From: Eledone cirrhosa
Taxonomy: Eukaryota
Direction: 5' to 3'
DNA length: 64,000 nt
NCBI GenBank assembly: GCA_964016885.1
Contig: OZ024740.1
Span: 15,190,001-15,254,000 of the forward strand
Below the pieces are notes generated by a model. That model made no database searches. It was given only the letters and a program-made list of their open reading frames with translations, and had not been told where the DNA came from. The translations under genes and the position numbers were made by a program. This document shows, one piece after another, positions 1-14,325 of the stretch (positions are counted from its first letter, which is position 1; each line of letters begins with the position of its first letter).

Positions 1-1133
1 CCCACTAAACAGAGGTGTGAAATATAGAATGTTTTAAATACATTCATGGTTATATTTCCCAATAAACAGAGGTGGGAAATATAGGATGTTTTAAACACCT
101 TCATGGTTATATTTCCCACTAAACAGAGGTGTGAAATATAGGATGTTTTAAACACCTCCATGGTTATATTTCCCACTAAACTGAGGTGTGAAATATCGGA
201 TGTTTTAAACACCTTCATGATTATATTTCCCAATAAACAGAGGTGTGAAATATAGGATGTTTTAAACACCTTCATGGTTATATTTCCCACTAAACAGAGG
301 TGTGAAATATAGGATGTTTTAAACACCTTCATGGCTATATTTCCCACTAAACAGAGGTGTGAAATATAGGATGTTTTAAACACCTTCATGGCTATCTTTC
401 CCACTAAACAGAGGTGTGAAATATAGAATGTTTTAAATACATTCATGGTTATATTTCCCAATAAACAGAGGTGGGAAATATAGGATGTTTTAAACACCTT
501 CATGGTTATATTTCCCACTAAACAGAGGTGTGAAATATAGGATGTTTTAAACACCTCCATGGTTATATTTCCCACTAAACTGAGGTGTGAAATATCGGAT
601 GTTTTAAACACCTTCATGGTTAAATTTCCCACTAAACAGAAGTGTGAAATATAGGATGTTTTAAACACCTTCATGGCTATATTTCCCACTAAACAGAGGT
701 GTGAAATATAGGATGTTTTAAACCCCTTCATGCTTATATTTCACACTAAACAGAGGTGTGGAATATAGGATGTTTAAAACACCTTCATGGTTATATTTCC
801 CACTAAACAGAGGTGTGAAATATAGAATGTTTTAAATACCTTCATGATTATATTTCCCAATAAACAGAGGTGTGAAATATAGGATGTTTTAAACACCTTC
901 ATGGTTATATTTCCCACTAAACAGAGGTGTGAAATATAGGATGTTTTAAACACCTTCATGGTTATATTTCCCACTAAACAGAGGTGTGAAATATAGAATG
1001 TTTTAAATACCTTCATGATTATATTTCCCAATAAACAGAGGTGTGAAATATAGGATGTTTTAAACACCTTCATGGTTATATTTCCCACTAAACAGAGGTG
1101 TGAAATATAGGATGTTTTACACACCTTCATGGC

Positions 1134-1184
1134 TATATTTCCCACTAAACAGAGGTGTGAAATATAGGATGTTTTAAACACCTT
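1134..1184. other. Two adjacent imperfect inverted repeats per monomer (example copy)
   Basis: TATATTTCCCAC-taaacagag-GTGTGAAATATA forms a 12-bp stem with 1 mismatch and a 9-nt loop (1134-1166). AGGATGTT-tta-AACACCTT forms an 8-bp stem with one A.C mismatch and one G.T pair (1166-1184). The symmetry is seen directly; folding is not demonstrated. Confidence 0.8.
1153..1163 (+). promoter_or_regulatory. T-box (Brachyury-type) half-site match AGGTGTGAAAT, present in most monomers (example copy); function unproven
   Basis: 11/12 identity to the Brachyury selected half-site AGGTGTGAAATT. The sequence match is direct, but there is no evidence of binding and the host is unknown. Confidence 0.3.
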
Positions 1185-4100
1185 CATGGTTATATTTCCC
1201 ACTAAACAGAGGTGTGAAATATAGGATGTTTTAAACACCTTCATGGTTATATTTCCCACTAAACAGAGGTGTGCAATATAGGATGTTTTAAACAGCTTCA
1301 TGATTATATTTCCCACTAAACAGAGGTGTGAAATATAGGATGTTGTAAACACCTTCATGGTTATATTTCCCACTACACAGAGGTGTGAAATATAGGATTT
1401 TGTAAACACCTTCATGATTATATTTCCCACTAAACAGAGGTGTGAAATATAGAATGTTTTAAATACATTCATGGTTATATTTCCCAATAAACAGAGGTGG
1501 GAAATATAGGATGTTTTAAACACCTTCATGGTTATATTTCCCACTAAACAGAGGTGTGAAATATAGGATGTTTTAAACACCTTCATGGTTATATTTCCCA
1601 CTAAACAGAGGTGTGAAATATAGGATGTTTTAAACACCTTCATGGTTATATTTCCCACTAAACAGAGGTGTGAAATATAGGATGTTTTAAACACCTCCAT
1701 GGTTATATTTCCCACTAAACTGAGGTGTGAAATATCGGATGTTTTAAACACCTTCATGGTTAAATTTCCCACTAAACAGAAGTGTGAAATATAGGATGTT
1801 TTAAACACCTTCATGGCTATATTTCCCACTAAACAGAGGTGTGAAATATAGGATGTTTTAAACCCCTTCATGCTTATATTTCACACTAAACAGAGGTGTG
1901 GAATATAGGATGTTTAAAACACCTTCATGGTTATATTTCCCACTAAACAGAGGTGTGAAATATAGAATGTTTTAAATACCTTCATGGTTATATTTCCCAA
2001 TAAACAGAGGTGTGAAATATAGGATGTTTTAAACACCTTCATGGTTATATTTCCCACTAAACAGAGGTGTGAAATATAGGATGTTTTAAACACCTTCATG
2101 GTTATATTTCCCACTAAACAGAGGTGTGAAATATAGGATGTTGTAAACACCTTCATGGTTACATTTCCCACTAAACAGAGGTGTGAAATATAGGATGTTT
2201 AAAACACCTTCATGGTTATATTTCCTACTAAACAGAGGTGTGAAATATAGGATGTTTTAACACCTTCATGGTTATATTTCACACTAAACAGAGGTGTGAA
2301 ATATAGGATGTTTTACACACCTTCATGGTTATATTTCCCACTAAACTGAGGTTGTGAAATATAGGATGTTTTAAACAACTTCATGTTTATGTTTCCCACT
2401 AAACAGAGGTGTGAAATATAGGATGTTTTAAACACCTTCATGATCATATTTCCAACTAAACAGAGGTGTGAAATATAGGATGTTGTAAACACTTTCATGG
2501 TTATATTTCCCACTACACAGAGGTGTGAAATATAGGGTGTTGTAAACACCTTCATGATTATATTTCCCACTAAACAGAGGTGTGAAATATAGAATGTTTT
2601 AAATACATTCATGGTTATATTTCCCAATAAACAGAGGTGTGAAATATAGGATGTTTTAAACACCTTCATGGTTATATTTCCCACTAAACAGAGGTGTGAA
2701 ATATAGGATGTTTTAAACACCTTCATGGCTATATTTCCCACTAAACAGAGGTGTGAAATATAGGATGTTTTAAACACCTTCATGGTTATATTTCCCACTA
2801 AACAGAGGTGTGAAATATAGGATGTTTTAAACCCCTTCATGGTTATATTTCCCACTAAACAGAGGTGTGCAATATAGGATGTTTTAAACAGCTTCATGAT
2901 TATATTTCCCACTAAACAGAGGTGTGAAATATAGGATGTTGTAAACACCTTCATGGTTATATTTCCCACTACACAGAGGTGTGAAATATAGGATTTTGTA
3001 AACACCTTCATGATTATATTTCCCACTAAACAGAGGTGTGAAATATAGAATGTTTTAAATACATTCATGGTTATATTTCCCAATAAACAGAGGTGGGAAA
3101 TATAGGATGTTTTAAACACATTCATGGTTATATTTCCCACTAAACAGAGGTGTGAAATATAGGATGTTTTAAACACCTTCATGGTTATATTTCCCACTAA
3201 ACAGAGGTGTGAAATATAGAATGTTTTAAACACCTTCATGGTTATATTTCCCACTAAACAGAGGTGTGAAATATAGGATGTTTTAAACACCTCCATGGTT
3301 ATATTTCCCACTAAACTGAGGTGTGAAATATCGGATGTTTTAAACACCTTCATGGTTAAATTTCCCACTAAACAGAAGTGTGAAATATAGGATGTTTTAA
3401 ACACCTTCATGGCTATATTTCCCACTAAACAGAGGTGTGAAATATAGGATGTTTTAAACCCCTTCATGCTTATATTTCACACTAAACAGAGGTGTGAAAT
3501 ATAGGATGTTTAAAACACCTTCATGGTTATATTTCCTACTAAACAGAGGTGTGAAATATAGGATGTTTTAACACCTTCATGGTTATATTTCACACTAAAC
3601 AGAGGTGTGAAATATAGGATGTTTTACACACCTTCATGGTTATATTTCCCACTAAACTGAGGTTGTGAAATATAGGATGTTTTAAACAACTTCATGTTTA
3701 TGTTTCCCACTAAACAGAGGTGTGAAATATAGGATGTTTTAAACACCTTCATGGTTATATTTCCCACTACACAGAGGTGTGAAATATAGGGTGTTGTAAA
3801 CACCTTCATGATTATATTTCCCACTAAACAGAGGTGTGAAATATAGAATGTTTTAAATACATTCATGGTTATATTTCCCAATAAACAGAGGTGTGAAATA
3901 TAGGATGTTTTAAACACCTTCATGGTTATATTTCCCACTAAACAGAGGTGTGAAATATAGGATGTTTTAAACACCTTCATGGCTATATTTCCCACTAAAC
4001 AGAGGTGTGAAATATAGGATGTTTTAAACACCTTCATGGTTATATTTCCCACTAAACAGAGGTGTGAAATATAGGATGTTTTAAACCCCTTCATGGTTAT

Positions 4101-5039
4101 ATTTCCCACTAAACAGAGGTGTGCAATATAGGATGTTTTAAACAGCTTCATGATTATATTTCCCACTAAACAGAGGTGTGAAATATAGGATGTTGTAAAC
4201 ACCTTCATGGTTATATTTCCCACTACACAGAGGTGTGAAATATAGGATTTTGTAAACACCTTCATGATTATATTTCCCACTAAACAGAGGTGTGAAATAT
4301 AGAATGTTTTAAATACATTCATGGTTATATTTCCCAATAAACAGAGGTGGGAAATATAGGATGTTTTAAACACCTTCATGGTTATATTTCCCACTAAACA
4401 GAGGTGTGAAATATAGGATGTTTTAAACACCTTCATGGTTATATTTCCCACTAAACAGAGGTGTGAAATATAGGATGTTTTAAACACCTTCATGGTTATA
4501 TTTCCCACTAAACAGAGGTGTGAAATATAGGATGTTTTAAACACCTCCATGGTTATATTTCCCACTAAACTGAGGTGTGAAATATCGGATGTTTTAAACA
4601 CCTTCATGGTTAAATTTCCCACTAAACAGAAGTGTGAAATATAGGATGTTTTAAACACCTTCATGGCTATATTTCCCACTAAACAGAGGTGTGAAATATA
4701 GGATGTTTTAAACCCCTTCATGCTTATATTTCACACTAAACAGAGGTGTGGAATATAGGATGTTTAAAGCACCTTCATGGTTATATTTCCCACTAAACAG
4801 AGGTGTGAAATATAGAATGTTTTAAATACCTTCATGATTATATTTCCCAATAAACAGAGGTGTGAAATATAGGATGTTTTAAACACCTTCATGGTTATAT
4901 TTCCCACTAAACAGAGGTGTGAAATATAGGATGTTTTAAACACCTTCATGGTTATATTTCCCACTAAACAGAGGTGTGAAATATAGAATGTTTTAAATAC
5001 CTTCATGATTATATTTCCCAATAAACAGAGGTGTGAAAT

Positions 5040-8000
5040 ATAGGATGTTTTAAACACCTTCATGGTTATATTTCCCACTAAACAGAGGTGTGAAATATAG
5101 GATGTTTTAAACACCTTCAGGGCTATATTTCCCACTAAACAGAGGTGTGAAATATAGGATGTTTTAAACACCTTCATGGTTATATTTCCCACTAAACAGA
5201 GGTGTGAAATATAGGATGTTTTAAACCCCTTCATGGTTATATTTCCCACTAAACAGAGGTGTGCAATATAGGATGTTTTAAACAGCTTCATGATTATATT
5301 TCCCACTAAACAGAGGTGTGAAATATAGGATGTTGTAAACACCTTCATGGTTATATTTCCCACTACACAGAGGTGTGAAATATAGGATTTTGTAAACACC
5401 TTCATGATTATATTTCCCACTAAACAGAGGTGTGAAATATAGAATGTTTTAAATACATTCATGGTTATATTTCCCAATAAACAGAGGTGGGAAATATAGG
5501 ATGTTTTAAACACCTTCATGGTTATATTTCCCACTAAACAGAGGTGTGAAATATAGGATGTTTTAAACACCTTCATGGTTATATTTCCCACTAAACAGAG
5601 GTGTGAAATATAGGATGTTTTAAACACCTTCATGGTTATATTTCCCACTAAACAGAGGTGTGAAATATAGGATGTTTTAAACACCTCCATGGTTATATTT
5701 CCCACTAAACTGAGGTGTGAAATATCGGATGTTTTAAACACCTTCAATGGTTAAATTTCCCACTAAACAGAAGTGTGAAATATAGGATGTTTTAAACACC
5801 TTCATGGCTATATTTCCCACTAAACAGAGGTGTGAAATATAGGATGTTTTAAACCCCTTCATGCTTATATTTCACACTAAACAGAGGTGTGGAATATAGG
5901 ATGTTTAAAACACCTTCATGGTTATATTTCCCACTAAACAGAGGTGTGAAATATAGAATGTTTTAAATACCTTCATGATTATATTTCCCAATAAACAGAG
6001 GTGTGAAATATAGGATGTTTTAAACACCTTCATAGTTATATTTCCCACTAAACAGAGGTGTGAAATATAGGATGTTTTAAACACCTTCATGGTTAAATTT
6101 CCCACTAAACAGAGGTGTGAAATATAGGATGTTGTAAACACCTTCATGGATACATTTCCCACTAAACAGAGGTGTGAAATATAGGATGTTTAAAACACCT
6201 TCATGGTTATATTTCCTACTAAACAGAGGTGTGAAATATAGGATGTTTTAACACCTTCATGGTTATATTTCACACTAAACAGAGGTGTGAAATATAGGAT
6301 GTTTTACACACCTTCATGGTTATAATTCCCACTAAACTGAGGTTGTGAAATATAGGATGTTTTAAACAACTTCATGTTTATGTTTCCCACTAAACAGAGG
6401 TGTGAAATATAGGATGTTTTAAACACCTTCATGGTTATATTTCCCACTAAACAGAGGTGTGAAATATAGGATGTTTTAAACCCCTTCATCGTTATATTTC
6501 CCACTAAACAGAGGTGTGCAATATAGGATGTTTTAAACACCTTCATGATCATATTTCCCACTAAACAGAGGTGTGAAATATAGGATGTTGTAAACACTTT
6601 CATGGTTATATTTCCCACTACACAGAGGTGTGAAATATAGAATGTTTTAAACACCTTCATGGTTATATTTCCCACTACACAGAGGTGTGAAATATAGGGT
6701 GTTGTAAGCACCTTCATGATTATATTTCCCACTAAACAGAGGTGTGAAATATAGAATGTTTTAAATACCTTCATGGTTATATTTCCCAATAAACAGAGGT
6801 GTGAAATATAGGATGTTTTAAACACCTTCATGGTTATATTTCCCACTAAACAGAGGTGTGAAATATAGGATGTTTTAAACACCTTCATGGTTATATTTCC
6901 CACTAAACAGAGGTGTGAAATATAGGATGTTTTAAACACCTTCATGGTTATATTTCACACTTAACAGAGGTGTGGAATATAGGATGTTTTAAACACCTTC
7001 ATGGTTATATTTCCCACTAAACAGAGGTGTGAAATATAGGATGTTTTAAACACCTTCATGGCTATATTTCCCACTAAACAGAGGTGTGAAATATAGGATG
7101 TTTTAAACACCTTCATGGTTATATTTCCCACTAAACAGAGGTGTGAAATATAGGATGTTTTAAACCCCTTCATGGTTATATTTCCCACTAAACAGAGGTG
7201 TGCAATATAGGATGTTTTAAACAGCTTCATGATTATATTTCCCACTAAACAGAGGTGTGAAATATAGGATGTTGTAAACACCTTCATGGTTATATTTCCC
7301 ACTACACAGAGGTGTGAAATATAGGATTTTGTAAACACCTTCATGATTATATTTCCCACTAAACAGAGGTGTGAAATATAGAATGTTTTAAATACATTCA
7401 TGGTTATATTTCCCAATAAACAGAGGTGGGAAATATAGGATGTTTTAAACACCTTCATGGTTATATTTCCCACTAAACAGAGGTGTGAAATATAGGATGT
7501 TTTAAACACCTTCATGGTTATATTTCCCACTAAACAGAGGTGTGAAATATAGGATGTTTTAAACACCTTCATGGTTATATTTCCCACTAAACAGAGGTGT
7601 GAAATATAGGATGTTTTAAACACCTCCATGGTTATATTTCCCACTAAACTGAGGTGTGAAATATCGGATGTTTTAAACACCTTCAATGGTTAAATTTCCC
7701 ACTAAACAGAAGTGTGAAATATAGGATGTTTTAAACACCTTCATGGCTATATTTCCCACTAAACAGAGGTGTGAAATATAGGATGTTTTAAACCCCTTCA
7801 TGCTTATATTTCACACTAAACAGAGGTGTGGAATATAGGATGTTTAAAACACCTTCATGGTTATATTTCCCACTAAACAGAGGTGTGAAATATAGAATGT
7901 TTTAAATACCTTCATGATTATATTTCCCAATAAACAGAGGTGTGAAATATAGGATGTTTTAAACACCTTCATAGTTATATTTCCCACTAAACAGAGGTGT

Positions 8001-8925
8001 GAAATATAGGATGTTTTAAACACCTTCATGGTTAAATTTCCCACTAAACAGAGGTGTGAAATATAGGATGTTGTAAACACCTTCATGGATACATTTCCCA
8101 CTAAACAGAGGTGTGAAATATAGGATGTTTAAAACACCTTCATGGTTATATTTCCTACTAAACAGAGGTGTGAAATATAGGATGTTTTAACACCTTCATG
8201 GTTATATTTCACACTAAACAGAGGTGTGAAATATAGGATGTTTTACACACCTTCATGGTTATAATTCCCACTAAACTGAGGTTGTGAAATATAGGATGTT
8301 TTAAACAACTTCATGTTTATGTTTCCCACTAAACAGAGGTGTGAAATATAGGATGTTTTAAACACCTTCATGGTTATATTTCCCACTAAACAGAGGTGTG
8401 AAATATAGGATGTTTTAAACCCCTTCATGGTTATATTTCCCACTAAACAGAGGTGTGCAATATAGGATGTTTTAAACACCTTCATGATCATATTTCCCAC
8501 TAAACAGAGGTGTGAAATATAGGATGTTGTAAACACTTTCATGGTTATATTTCCCACTACACAGAGGTGTGAAATATAGAATGTTTTAAACACCTTCATG
8601 GTTATATTTCCCACTACACAGAGGTGTGAAATATAGGGTGTTGTAAGCACCTTCATGATTATATTTCCCACTAAACAGAGGTGTGAAATATAGAATGTTT
8701 TAAATACCTTCATGGTTATATTTCCCAATAAACAGAGGTGTGAAATATAGGATGTTTTAAACACCTTCATGGTTATATTTCCCACTAAACAGAGGTGTGA
8801 AATATAGGATGTTTTAAACACCTTCATGGTTATATTTCCCACTAAACAGAGGTGTGAAATATAGGATGTTTTAAACACCTTCATGGTTATATTTCACACT
8901 TAACAGAGGTGTGGAATATAGGATG
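5040..8925. repeat. Near-identical tandem duplication of a 34-monomer block (1939 bp)
   Basis: The private insertion TTCAATGG occurs at ~5747 and ~7686. ORF pairs 5905..6162/7844..8101 and 6304..6945/8243..8884 have identical translations at offset 1939 = 34x57+1. Confidence 0.9.
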
Positions 8926-11349
8926 TTTAAAACACCTTCATGGTTATATTTCCCACTAAACAGAGGTGTGAAATATAGAATGTTTTAAATACCTTCATGG
9001 CTATATTTCCCAATAAACAGAGGTGTGAAATATAGGATGTTTTAAACACCTTCATGGTTATATTTCCCACTAAACAGAGGTGTGCAATATAGGATGTTTT
9101 AAACACCTTCATGATCATATTTCCCACTAAACAGAGGTGTGAAATATAGGATGTTGTAAACACTTTCATGGTTATATTTCCCACTACACAGAGGTGTGAA
9201 ATATAGAATGTTTTAAACACCTTCATGGTTATATTTCCCAATAAACAGAGGTGCGAAATATAGGATGTTTTAAACACCTTCATGGTTAAATTTCCCACTA
9301 AACAGAGGTGTGAAATATAGGATGTTTTAAACACCTTCATGGTTATGTTTCCCACTAAACAGAGGTGTGAAATATAGGATGTTTTAAACACCTTCATGGT
9401 TATGTTTCCCACTAAACAGAGGTGTGAAATATAGGATGTTTTAAACACGTTCATGGTTATATTTCCCACTAAACAGAGGTGTGAAATATAGCATGTTTTA
9501 AACCCCTTCATGGTTATATTTCCCACTAAACAGAGGTGTGCAAAATAGGATGTTTTAAACACCTTCATGATTATATTTCCCACTAAACAGAGGTGTGAAA
9601 TATAGGATGTTGTAAACACCTTCATGGTTATATTTCCCACTACACAGAGGTGTGAAATATAGGGTGTTGTAAACACCTTCATGATTATATTTCCCACTAA
9701 ACAGAGGTGTGAAATATAGAATGTTTTAAATACATTCATGGTTATATTTCCCAATAAACAGAGGTGTGAAATATAGGATGTTTTAAACACCTTCATGGTT
9801 ACATTTCCCACTAAACAGAGGTGTGAAATATAGGATGTTTTAAACACCTTCATGGTTATATTTCCCACTAAACAGAGGTGTGAAATATAGGATGTTTTAA
9901 ACACCTTCTTGGTTATATTTCCCACTAAACAGAGGTGTGCAATATAGGATGTTTTAAACATCTTCATGGTTATATTTCCCACAAAACAGAGGTGTGAAAT
10001 ATAGGATGTTTTAACACCTTCATGGTTATATTTCCCACTAAACAGAGGTGTGAAATATAGGATGTTTTAAACAGCTTCATGGTTATATTTCGCACTAAAC
10101 AGAGGTGTGAAATATAGGATGTTGTAAACACCTTCATGCTTATATTTCCCACTACACAGAGGTGTGAAATATAGGGTATTGTAAACACCTTCATGATTAT
10201 ATTTCTCACTAAACAGAGGTGTGAAATATAGAATGTTTTAAATACCTTCCTGGTTATATTTCCCAATAAACAGAGGTGTGAAATATAGGATGTTTTAAAC
10301 ACCTTCATGGTTATATTTCCAACTAAACAGTGGTGTGAAATATAGGATGTTTTAAACACCTTCATGGTTATATTTCCCACTAAACAGAGGTGTGAAATAT
10401 AGGATGTTTCAAACACCTTCATGTTTATATTTCCCACTAAACAGAGGTGTGAAATATAGGATGTTTTAATCACCTTCATGGTTATATTTCCCACTAAACA
10501 GAGGTGTGAAATATAGGATGTTTTAAACACCTTCATGGTTATATTTCCCACTAAACAGAGGTGTGAAATATAGGATGTTTTAAACACCTTCATGGTTATA
10601 TTTCCCACTAAACAGAGGTGTGAAATATAGGATGTTTTAAACACCTTCATGGTTATATTTCCCACTAAACAGAGGTGTGAAATATAGGATGTTTTAAACA
10701 CCTTCATGGTTATATTTCACACTAAACAGAGGTGTGGAATATAGGATGTTTAAAACACCTTCGTGGTTATATTTCCCACTAAACAGAGGTGTGAAATATA
10801 GGGTGTTGTAAGCACCTTCATGATTATATTTCCCACTAAACAGAGGTGTGAAATATAGAATGTTTTAAATACCTTCATGGTTATATTTCCCAATAAACAG
10901 AGGTGTGAAATATAGGATGTTTTAAACACCTTCATGGTTATATTTCCCACTAAACAGAGGTGTGAAATATAGGATGTTTTAAACACCTTCATGGTTATAT
11001 TTCCCACTAAACAGAGGTGTGAAATATAGGATGTTTTAAACACCTTCATGGTTATATTTCACACTAAACAGAGGTGTGGAATATAGGATGTTTAAAACAC
11101 CTTCATGGTTATATTTCCCACTAAACAGAGGTATGAAATATAGAATGTTTTAAATACCTTCATGGTTATATTTCCCAATAAACAGAGGTGTGAAATATAG
11201 GATGTTTTAAACACCTTCATGGTTATATTTCCCACTAAACAGAGGTGTGAAATATAGGATGTTTTAAACACCTTCATGGTTATATTTCCCACTAAACAGA
11301 GGTGTGAAATATAGGATGTTGTAAACACCTTCATGGTTACATTTCCCAC

Positions 11350-14325
11350 TAAACAGAGGTGTGAAATATAGGATGTTTAAAACACCTTCATGGTTATATT
11401 TCCTACTAAACAGAGGTGTGAAATATAGCATGTTTTAACACCTTCATGGTTATATTTCACACTAAACAGAGGTGTGAAATATAGGATGTTTAACACCCCT
11501 TCATGTTTATATTTCCCACTAAACTGAGGTTGTGAAATATAGGATGTTTTAAACAACTTCATGTTTATGTTTCCCACTAAACAGAGGTGTGAAATATAGG
11601 ATGTTTTAAACACCTTCATGGTTATATTTCCCACTAAACAGAGGTGTGAAATATAGGATGTTTTAAACCCCTTCATGGTTATATTTCCCACTAAACAGAG
11701 GTGTGCAATATAGGATGTTTTAAACACCTTCATGATCATATTTCCCACTTAACAGAGGTGTGAAATATAGGATGTTGTAAACACTTTCATGGTTATATTT
11801 CCCACTACACAGAGGTGTGAAATATAGAATGTTTTAAACACCTTCATGGTTATATTTCCCACTACACAGAGGTGTGAAATATAGGGTGTTGTAAGCACCT
11901 TCATGATTATATTTCCCACTAAACAGAGGTGTGAAATATAGAATGTTTTAAATACCTTCATGGTTATATTTCCCAATAAACAGAGGTGTGAAATATAGGA
12001 TGTTTTAAACACCTTCATGGTTATATTTCCCACTAAACAGAGGTGTGAAATATAGGATGTTTTAAACACCTTCATGGTTATATTTCCCACTAAACAGAGG
12101 TGTGAAATATAGGATGTTTTAAACACCTTCATGGTTATATTTCACACTTAACAGAGGTGTGGAATATAGGATGTTTAAAACACCTTCATGGTTATATTTC
12201 CCACTAAACAGAGGTGTGAAATATAGAATGTTTAAAAATACCTTCATGGTTATATTTCCCAATAAACAGAGGTGTGAAATATAGAATGTTTTAAATACCT
12301 TCATGGTTATATTTCCTACTAAACAGAGGTGTGAAATATAGGTTGTTTTAACACCTTCATGGTTATATTTCACACTAAACAGAGGTGTGAAATATAGGAT
12401 GTTTTACACACCTTCATGGTTATATTTCCCACTAAACTGAGGTTGTGAAATATAGGATGTTTTAAACACCTTCATGGTTATGTTTCCCACTAAACAGAGG
12501 TGTGAAGAATAGGATGTTTTAAACACCTTCATGGTTATATTTCCCACTAAACAGAGGTGTGAAATATAGGATGTTTTAAACCCCTTCATGGTTATATTTC
12601 CCACTAAACAGAGGTGTGAAATATAGGATGTTTTAAACCCCTTCATGGTTATATTTCCCACTAAACAGAGGTGTGAAATATAGAATGTTTTAAATACATT
12701 CATGGTTATATTTCCCAATAAACAGAGGTGTGAAATATAGGATGTTTTAAACACCTTCATGGTTATATTTCCCACTAAACAGAGGTGTGAAATATAGGAT
12801 GTTTTAAACACCTTCATGGCTATATTTCCCACTAAACAGAGGTGTGAAATATAGGATGTTTAAAACACCTTCATGGTTATATTTCCTACTAAACAGAGGT
12901 GTGAAATATAGCATGTTTTAACACCTTCATGGTTATATTTCACACTAAACAGAGGTGTGAAATATAGGATGTTTAACACCCCTTCATGGTTATATTTCCC
13001 ACTAAACTGAGGTTGTGAAATATAGGATGTTTTAAACAACTTCATGTTTATGTTTCCCACTAAACAGAGGTGTGAAATATAGGATGTTTTAAACACCTTC
13101 ATGGTTATATTTCCCACTAAACAGAGGTGTGAAATATAGGATGTTTTAAACCCCTTCATGGTTATATTTCCCACTAAACAGAGGTGTGCAATATAGGATG
13201 TTTTAAACACCTTCATGATCATATTTCCCACTAAACAGAGGTGTGAAATATAGGATGTTGTAAACACTTTCATGGTTATATTTCCCACTACACAGAGGTG
13301 TGAAATATAGAATGTTTTAAACACCTTCATGGTTATATTTCCCACTAGACAGAGGTGTGAAATATAGGGTTTTGTAAGCACCTTCATGATTATATTTCCC
13401 ACTAAACAGAGGTGTGAAATATAGAATGTTTTAAATACCTTCATGGTTATATTTCCCAATAAACAGAGGTGTGAAATATAGGATGTTTTAAACACCTTCA
13501 TGGTTATATTTCCCACTAAACAGAGGTGTGAAATATAGGATGTTTTAAACACCTTCATGGTTATATTTCCCACTAAACAGAGGTGTGAAATATAGGATGT
13601 TTTAAACACCTTCATGGTTATATTTCACACTTAACAGAGGTGTGGAATATAGGATGTTTAAAACACCTTCATGGTTATATTTCCCACTAAACAGAGGTGT
13701 GAAATATAGAATGTTTTAAATACCTTCATGGTTATATTTCCCAATAAACAGAGGTGTGAAATATAGAATGTTTTAAATACCTTCATGGTTATATTTCCTA
13801 CTAAACAGAGGTGTGAAATATAGGATGTTTTAACACCTTCATGGTTATATTTCACACTAAACAGAGGTGTGAAATATAGGATGTTTTACACACCTTCATG
13901 TTTATATTTCCCACTAAACTGAGGTTGTGAAATATAGGATGTTTTAAACACCTTCATGGTTATGTTTCCCACTAAACAGAGGTGTGAAATGTAGGATGTT
14001 TTAAACACCTTCATGGTTATATTTCCCACTAAACAGAGGTGTGAAATATAGGATGTTTTAAACCCCTTCATGGTTATATTTCCCACTAAACAGAGGTGTG
14101 AAATATAGGATGTTTTAAACCCCTTCATGGTTATATTTCCCACTAAACAGAGGTGTGAAATATAGAATGTTTTAAATACATTCATGGTTATATTTCCCAA
14201 TAAACAGAGGTGTGAAATATAGGATGTTTTAAACACCTTCATGGTTATATTTCCCACTAAACAGAGGTGTGAAATATAGGATGTTTTAAACACCTTCATG
14301 GCTATATTTCCCACTAAACAGAGGT
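11350..14325. repeat. Tandem duplication of a 26-monomer block (1482-1483 bp)
   Basis: ORF boundaries 11377/12860 and 12132/13615 are offset by 1483; 12373/13855 and 12404/13886 are offset by 1482. The rare variant TTTAACACCCCTT is shared at ~11490 and ~12975. Confidence 0.85.

Larger units (their letters stand above)
1..8930. repeat. Array layer 1a: variable-length higher-order repeat marked by ACACCTCCATGG (T44C) and GGTGGGAAAT (T18G)
   Basis: T44C occurs at 158, 557, 1697, 3293, 4547, 5687 and 7626 (spacings of 7, 20, 28, 22, 20 and 34 monomers) and was not seen further right. It appears as 'MEVFK' only in ORFs within the first 7.7 kb. Confidence 0.85.

Noticed and set aside
1138-1146. 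CSL/Su(H) or Ikaros core GTGGGAA on the minus strand of each monomer
   Set aside because: It is a short 6-7 bp core preceded by A rather than the pyrimidine of the YGTGRGAA consensus, so it is easily a chance match. Noted only as secondary to the T-box hypothesis.
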